DNA of 64,000 nt, taken from NCBI GenBank assembly GCA_029953675.1, contig JAMWBK010000005.1, positions 1,364,001 to 1,428,000 on the forward strand. Direction: 5' to 3'. Shown in pieces: positions 60,290-64,000 of the stretch; position 1 is the first letter of the stretch, and each line of letters opens with the position of its first letter. Both the position numbers and the translations under genes were made by a program. The notes below the pieces were generated by a model. That model did not search any database, was not told where the DNA came from, and was given only the letters and a program-made list of their open reading frames with translations. The DNA is from Rhodosorus marinus CCMP1338 (taxonomy: Eukaryota; Plantae; Rhodophyta).

Positions 60290-61450
60290 CCTTCGTTAAG
60301 ACCTGGCGGATTGCCCCAATTTTTTGGGTGGCAAAGACTTGCTTTTTCCGTCCAGGATTCGTCAGCCTTTGCGCGTCCCTTTTCCGGGCACAGTGATGTT
60401 TCGCCGCTGAGAGCGGTTGGGTGGTGCCGATGGTGACGGCGTATTTGTCAGCCTGACTATGAGGAGACTCTATAATCAAGATGTTTGTTAATGCGAGACA
60501 GCGTAATAGACGGTCTGCAATGCAAAAAAGGCCTCTCCGGCTTGCGAAGACTGCCAACTGCTCCGTCTGTAGAGAAACCTTCGAGCTGCCTGGATGACTG
60601 GAAGAGAGCCTAGTCTGATTGATCTATAAGGTCCTTGGACTGCGTGCTCCAGTCTAACATGCAACCCAAGGGGTCCATCCTAACGCATCGTTCCTTGTGT
60701 GAAGGGCAACCTTAAGCCATCCATCGCTCAAATCCTACGGACAGTGATCGACAGATTTGTGGAGGATCCTTCAGACACCAACAAGGACAGTGTTGTGCGA
60801 ACAGGGGAAAGTCATTGGCCTGCAACGATGATTTTCCAATCGACACAACATGGATATAAGTCGCAGCTAGAAAATCGTAACCATAATCTAATGCCTAGCC
60901 CATATTATTCGCCGCAGTTTATGTCATTGCTGTGCAAAGGGAGCATCATCGCTGTGCAAAGGGAGCATCATCGCTGTGCAAAGGGAGCATCATCGCTGTG
61001 CAAAGGGAGCATCATCGCTGTGCAAAGGGAGCATCATCGCTGGACTCCAACGATGCTATCCCATTAGTGCAACATAGATTCAACCACAGTGCATAACCGG
61101 CCAAGGTATCAGATGATGGATGCTCAAAAAACAGGAGCGAAACCATTTCCACGGGAATTCCAAATCGCCCCTCACCCAAATTTGCGCAATTTCCTGTATG
61201 GATTGATGTACTTTCTGATCTGGGGGTTTCAGGCCAACGACAAACCGAACATCTCGGAGTCCGAAGTACTTTCAACTTGGACAAGGCGCTGGTTTAAGGT
61301 TGCAGGCATAAGCAGCTACGGAAGTTCTCCATAGCGCTCGCGAGAGTTGTTGTTTTAGCTCGGATCTTGAGGCCGATCAAAGTACCCGTGTTGTGGACTA
61401 GAGTCCTAACAACCTGCGATCGCAAGAAACAGGCTGTCTTTGCAGCGTTT
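60290..61450 (+). pseudogene. Possible decayed tyrosine-recombinase (DIRS/Ngaro/Crypton-like) fragment
   Basis: Motif-like pieces occur in the expected order across frameshifts and stops: TAYLSA (about 60436), RTGE (60798), QKT (61125), STWTRRWFKVAGI (61290), LHSAR (61327) and D*S with TAG one change from TGG (61399). By-eye only. Confidence 0.25.
60929..61042. repeat. Minisatellite, 5 perfect copies of 22 bp (GCTGTGCAAAGGGAGCATCATC) plus 4 nt
   Basis: Units start at 60929, 60951, 60973, 60995 and 61017, with no spacers. Confidence 0.97.
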
Positions 61451-62258
61451 AGCTTTTTCAGATGAAACTTATTGACCAATCACATATGCTCTTTAGTACA
61501 CGTGTAAAGCTTGAACTCTCCGTTCATCAAACTTTAACCAATAAAAAAGCTTGTAATATTTTTGTTCCATAGTCTATCCAATCCCCTATTGATACGCAAC
61601 ATCCCTTGTCCACAGAATCGCGAGTGAGTTATTTGTACTTAATTACGAATCTCTCAACTAATGCATAGTATATTCAATATTTTCCCGGTGGGTTGGTCAG
61701 CGCCTTATTTTCGAGTCCGTTCCTCCCGGGGGGTTGTCGGATTTTGGAACTCCTTCTCTATCTGGTATGCTTTGTACCAAGGGGGTAGAAAACTGATCTA
61801 TATAGTATTTAAATTATCATTTTAAAGGAATTGGGATGGAAACGTCGATTTTTGTAAGGGGTAAAACGAACCCCACGAAATCGACCAACCCCACCCCCTA
61901 AAAATCGAGGCTTTATGTCGAGATAGTTTCTGATTTGGAACAGATATCTATATATAGAATAAAACTTTTCTACATAAACCTTTTTATTGTCCTATGATTA
62001 TATTGGACGGTGCGGGGATTGTAAATGTAGGATACCAGTAGTCTTTTATTTGGCTGGATGGTTCAGCGGTCGAGCTTGTGTTTGTTTTTTTTTGTTCGGC
62101 TTGGAGATTCGGCACGGGGTCTTAATGGACAGGTTATAGTCGGCACAGCTCTTGCTGAGCGAAGGTCTGCTGCTGTGTGGTGGTTGGGTAAAGGATCAGG
62201 CTGGAACGACGCGAGGAAAACTTGAGAAGTTAAGGATCGAACTGTTGAAAAAGGAAAG

Positions 62259-63207
62259 ATGGCGTTTGTTGGTGGTGTTGGACCGGTGGTGCGCTCCGGT
62301 GCGAGGAGATGCTCCGTTGCTCCGAGGATGACCGACAAGGTGGGCACGCCGAAGAAGGGAGATTGCATGATCTCGCCGTCGATCCTGTCCGCAAACTTCT
62401 CGAAGCTTGGAGAGGAAGTTGCTGCCATCGATAAGGCTGGCTGTGACTGGGTCCATGTCGATGTCATGGACGGGCGATTCGTTCCAAACATCACGATTGG
62501 ACCACTGGTCGTCGATGCCCTGAGGCCCATCACTGACAAGCCTTTGGATGTTCACCTTATGATTGTGGAGCCTGAACTCAGAATTCCTGACTTCGTCAAG
62601 GCTGGATCTGATATCATTTCAGTTCATTGCGAGGGTGAATCCACAATCCATCTTCACCGCACAGTTAACCTCATCAAGGTAGGATTTCTAGTTTAATCAA
62701 GTACTAGGGTTACAAATGGCTGATATTCAAATATATTTTTCATTCCCAAAGAGTCTGGGCTGCAAGGCTGGTGTTGTGTTGAACCCAGCGACTCCCGTGT
62801 CGGCGATTGAGTACGTGATCGAGGATGTTGACTTGATCCTTGTCATGAGCGTAAACCCTGGCTTTGGTGGACAGGGCTTCATCAGTAGCCAGGTCAAGAA
62901 GATTGCACAGATCAGAGCGCTTTGCGACGAGAAGGGTGTGAACCCTTGGATTGAGGTGAGGCTATAGAAGGTCACGAGCAAGCGGGATATGCGATTGTCT
63001 CTTTTCAACTGTGGTGTCCCTAACCTTGAATATGTATGTGGATCCAATCTGCAGGTTGATGGAGGTGTAAAGGGCAGCAATGCTTACCTCGTGAAGGATG
63101 CTGGCGCAAATGCCATCGTTGCAGGATCAGCCGTCTTCGGCGCAGACAGCTACGCCGACGCGATCGCTGACATCCGCGCGAGCAAGGCCCCGGCCGCCGT
63201 CGCGTAA
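62259..63207 (+). CDS. RPE: Plastid ribulose-phosphate 3-epimerase (3 exons)
   Basis: MAFVGG transit peptide; [59 protein letters not shown]. Confidence 0.97.
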
Positions 63208-64000
63208 ACTCACAAGAAAATCCTGTTGCTCTGTTTTGACTACGAAAATCTGATAAAGACATTCCCGCCGACTCACAATTGCCCAATCCCTTATCAGCAT
63301 TTGACATAGTAGACAGCAGCTCAATCCGATCGGGCTTATGGCGTGTGTGTTCTGAGCATTGTGTCTGCCTCGTACCAAGTCCGTAGAAACTCCAGAAATC
63401 GCCCCAACCCTCCCTTGAAGGACACGATCGATGCATCAAAGGCAAGATTCGTATACTGCATCGTCCGCAATCCGAGTTTCCAGTGCAGTCTTAGCATGGA
63501 GGACCGTACTCAAATCAGAATCCGAGTACTGGGGAGACTGTGCACATAAAGGTTAAAAGGGAGACTTCAAGGTTGGCCGTCTGGAACTCAATAAAGTGGA
63601 GTTCGATGTTGACCACAGAGGAAATCAGATCTGCGCTTGTACCGCTGCATCCTGAGAGTTTGGTAAACTCTCAGCTCACTATTCCCAACGAGCAACAACC
63701 TCGCTAATTAAGCAATGACACTGATCGAACGTGCTATATTGTTGACAGGCTGTGGAGGACATTTCGGGAAACTGCGGTACGAGCTTTAGGATAGAGGTAT
63801 TGACCTTCTTGCCCAATGACTCCACGCCTGAAGCGTGAAGAGAGTCTCCGGCCGGAAACCTGAATGTTTACGTCCGTTGCTCCGTTTCAGATATCGTCTA
63901 AGGACTTTGTGGGTGCACGTTTGATTGAGCGACAGAGAATGGTTCACAAGGCACTTGGGTAAGTAGTGTCCATTCACCTGAAAGTCATTCTTTCATAAAC

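Noticed and set aside
60929-61042. 22-bp direct repeats as a CRISPR array
   Set aside because: The units are contiguous with no spacers, there are no cas genes, and the DNA is eukaryotic.
63300-64000. 3' end of a gene running in from beyond the window
   Set aside because: Only short frames without motifs; cannot be assessed at the window edge.

Overview
This is gene-dense eukaryotic nuclear DNA, not prokaryotic. It has spliceosomal introns (mostly about 70-90 nt), roughly balanced-GC coding regions separated by AT-rich islands, and plastid transit peptides starting with (M)AFV/GFV. That pattern points to a red alga, probably a unicellular, fairly intron-rich one; this is inferred from sequence style only. 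The supplied ORF track uses prokaryote-style starts and ignores introns, so I rebuilt gene models by hand. I can support 23 protein-coding genes: a sulfotransferase, WDR12/YTM1, COX16, organellar TsaD, a PsbP-like protein, CstF77, an unknown plastid membrane protein, a DnaJB-like protein, ValRS, IspF(+HisE), a DUF6737-like protein, UFM1, PMM, CorA, a PPR protein, ferritin, TFIIIA, MFSD5/MOT2, an RRM-CCCH protein, an L/F-transferase-like protein, pelota, HisHF and RPE. I found no rRNA, tRNA or CRISPR array. The most striking observation is an 84-nt GT-AG intron that joins plastid IspF (MEP isoprenoid pathway) in frame to a HisE domain (histidine pathway), predicting a fusion of about 353 aa; retaining the intron gives stand-alone IspF. 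Other points of interest are a bacterial-type aminoacyl-tRNA-protein transferase, a J-protein with HPS instead of HPD, an inverted pair of diverged small-ORF elements, several short tandem duplications, a possible decayed tyrosine-recombinase element and a probable GC-AG intron. All identities come from motif recognition by eye; no database searches were run, and identity percentages are estimates.
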